Source of the DNA: Chiloscyllium plagiosum
Lineage: Eukaryota
DNA: 23,566 bases
Assembly: GCF_004010195.1 (NCBI RefSeq)
Contig: NC_057750.1
Coordinates: forward strand, 17,924,209-17,947,774
Direction: 5' to 3'
Position numbers and translations under genes: made by a program. Shown here one piece after another: positions 21,470 to 23,566 of the stretch. The stretch's first letter is position 1; each line of letters starts with the position of its first letter. The notes beneath the pieces were generated by a model. The model was given only the letters and a program-made list of their open reading frames with translations. It was not told the DNA's origin and ran no database searches.

Positions 21470-22060
21470 ATTCAATCAACCCTCTAACAATCACTCCTTC
21501 CATCTCCGACAAACGCCATCCTCCTGGACACGCTCTTGCCACCTCCTCCCCTCCCTCGACTCCATCTCAAACGCCTCTGCGACATCGCTTGGATGTCTCT
21601 AACCCTCCCCATCAGGATGCAAAGCCCTCTGCTCGGACCCTAACCTCACTGTTAAACCCACTAGTGAGAGTGTGAGAGTGTGAGAGTGTGTGTGAGTGTG
21701 TGTGAGTGTGTGAGTGTGTTGGGGGAGGGGGGGAGAAGATGAAGAGGAGGAAAGAGAGAGAGAAGTCAGTCAGTGGTCATCTAGCAAACGGACTTCTATA
21801 ATTGCTGAGGCCAGATACTAACTCCAACACATCCTCCCATCATCCCTTCGGTTATGATCCCAACTCTGATCACCAAGCCATCATCTCCCAGACCATCAAC
21901 AACCACATCACTTCAGGAGATGACCCATCCACAGCCGCCAACCTGACAGTTCCCCAACCTTGCACCACCCTACCCAAAATCCATAAACCAGACTGCCCTT
22001 GTTGATCATTGTCTCAGCCCGCTCCTGGCCCACCAAGTTCATCTCATCCTACCTCAATGT
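21470..22060 (+). mobile_element. Decayed Penelope-like fragment (pre-RT and RT start), split by a simple repeat
   Basis: DPNLTVKP before 21661; YDPNSDHQAIISQTI..TSGD..LPKIHKPDCP (21802-22005). LPKIHK..RPIVS-type motif of PLE RT. Confidence 0.75.
21663..21765. repeat. Compound (GT)/(GA) microsatellite followed by a purine-rich tract
   Basis: agtgagagtgtgagagtgtg... then gggggagggggggagaag..agagagag. Confidence 0.9.
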
Positions 22061-22064
22061 TGCT

Positions 22065-22560
22065 CTCTTGGTTGTCTCCAATATATGCTGCTTTAAGAAA
22101 CAATCCTGAAAACATCCCATGAATTCTTTATTTAGGATATTTATGCCCATCTGATTTTTCCAGTCTATATGCAGATTAAAATCCTCCATAATTATTGCCA
22201 TGCCTTTCTGAAAAAACTATTATATCCGTCTTTATACCCCTTCCTTCTTTGGAGTTACGGTTAAAGCCTTGTACACTCCTACAAGTGAATTCTTTATCAT
22301 TTCTCATTTCTACTCCAAACATTTCTACATCCTGGTTTTCTGAACTTGGGTTACCATCAGTAATTAACAGAGTCACCTTTTACATTTTTCTAGCTTCCTA
22401 AATGTTTTATACCTATTGAAATTCAGGACTCAATCTGCATTAGCCAGCAGACATATTTCTGTACTGCATAACAGATCATACTTACTTATTTCCAGTTGTG
22501 CAATCAATTTATCTACTTTATTTTGAATGCTATGAGCATTCAGAAAGAATTTAAGTTTTG
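22065..22560 (-). mobile_element. Old CR1-type APE fragment
   Basis: IMEDFNLHIDW-like sequence at ~22160-22195 and VEMRNDK in ORF 22176-22376. Confidence 0.55.
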
Positions 22561-22699
22561 TTCTTTTTATTATTTTCCTATCCTCTAGCCTTATCTGTTC
22601 ACTCACTCTCCGTTATGGATTCTATCTCTTCCAATCTGCTCAACTACTCCAAATTAATATTTTTCTCTTGCTTTTAATTTTATGACTCTCTGTAATGAA

Positions 22700-23000
22700 T
22701 CAAAGTCATATAGTATGGAAACAGACCCTTCAGTCCAACTCATCTATGTCGACCAAACATCCCAATCTGACCTGGTCTCATTGGCCAGCATTTGGCCCAT
22801 ATCCCGCTGTTCCCTTCCTATTCATGTCCCCATCTAGATGCCTTTTAAATGTTGCAATTGTACCAGCCTCCACACTTCCGCTGGCAGTTCATTTCATAAA
22901 GGCACTACCGTCTGCATGAAAAAGTCAGCCCTTGAGTCCTGTTTAAATCTTATCCCTCTCACCTTAAACCTATGCCCTCTAGTTTTGAACTCCCCCCCCC
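22700..23000 (-). mobile_element. CR1-type 3' end fragment
   Basis: Homologous to 13354-13660 (ggaaacagacccttcagtccaac, ttggcccatatccc, ttttaaatgttg). Confidence 0.85.
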
Positions 23001-23044
23001 GAATATCCTTACCCCACTATTCAGTTAAATTATATCATCTTCCC

Positions 23045-23566
23045 TAGTCATGCAGCTTAGAAATGGTATAATGGCTGCAGAAAGGCTGTTCGAGGAGGAT
23101 CTGCCTTTGGAGGTAGTATGACCTTGTTGGGTGCTTACTATAGGCCCCCCAATAGCAGCAGAGATGTGGAGAAACAGATTGGGAAACAGATTTTGGAAAG
23201 GTGCAGAAGCCACAGGGTAGTAGTCATGGGCGATTTCAACTTCCCAAATATTGATTGGAAGCTCTTTAGAACAAGTAGATTGGATGGGGCAGTGTTTGCA
23301 CAGTGTGTCCAGGAAGCTTTTCTAACACAGTATGTAGATTGTCCGACCAGAGGGGAGGCCATAATGGATTTGGTACTCGGTAATGAACCAGGACAAGTGA
23401 TGGGCTTGTTAGTGGGTAAACATTTTGGTGATGGTGACCACAATTCTGTAACTTTCACCTTGGTTATGGAGAGAGATAAGTGTGTGCAACAGGGTAGGTT
23501 TCACAATTGGGGGAAGGGTAAATACGATGCTGCAAGACAGGATCTGAGGAGCATAAATTGGGAGCA
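23045..23566 (+). mobile_element. CR1-type ORF2 APE segment, frame open to the window end
   Basis: From 23118: TLLGAYYRPPNSSRDVEKQI..VVVMGDFNFPNIDW..DLVLGNEPGQV..FGDGDHNSV..., with no stop through 23566. Confidence 0.9.

Noticed and set aside
1..23566. Prokaryotic-type systems (CRISPR array, operon, defence island)
   Set aside because: No repeat-spacer array or dense gene organisation; the sequence is spliced eukaryotic DNA.

Overview
Eukaryotic, intron-rich vertebrate DNA. The repeat content (HE1/V-SINE-type SINEs, CR1-type LINEs, Penelope-like elements with hammerhead motifs) points to a cartilaginous fish, probably a shark (inference). The minus strand carries three phase-compatible C-terminal coding exons (4409-4688, 2998-3912, 399-484, plus a weak candidate at 4819-4869) of a MAPKBP1/WDR62-family gene; the motifs fit MAPKBP1 best. 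From about 5 kb to the window end the sequence appears to be one large intron made almost entirely of decayed, nested retroelements: CR1-type LINEs, a second LINE family, two tRNA-derived SINEs, Penelope-like elements (PLEs) and LTR remnants. Nearly all ORFs in the supplied track are TE remnants or antisense noise. The most notable structures are: (i) a 90-bp-arm palindromic PLE terminus with a minimal hammerhead ribozyme motif and a 17-bp target-site duplication (TSD); (ii) a reconstructable ~3.2-kb LINE with a tRNA-like head and no room for ORF1, interrupted by three later insertions; (iii) a SINE tail lying at branch-point distance from a host splice acceptor. Family names come from recall of motifs, not from database searches.
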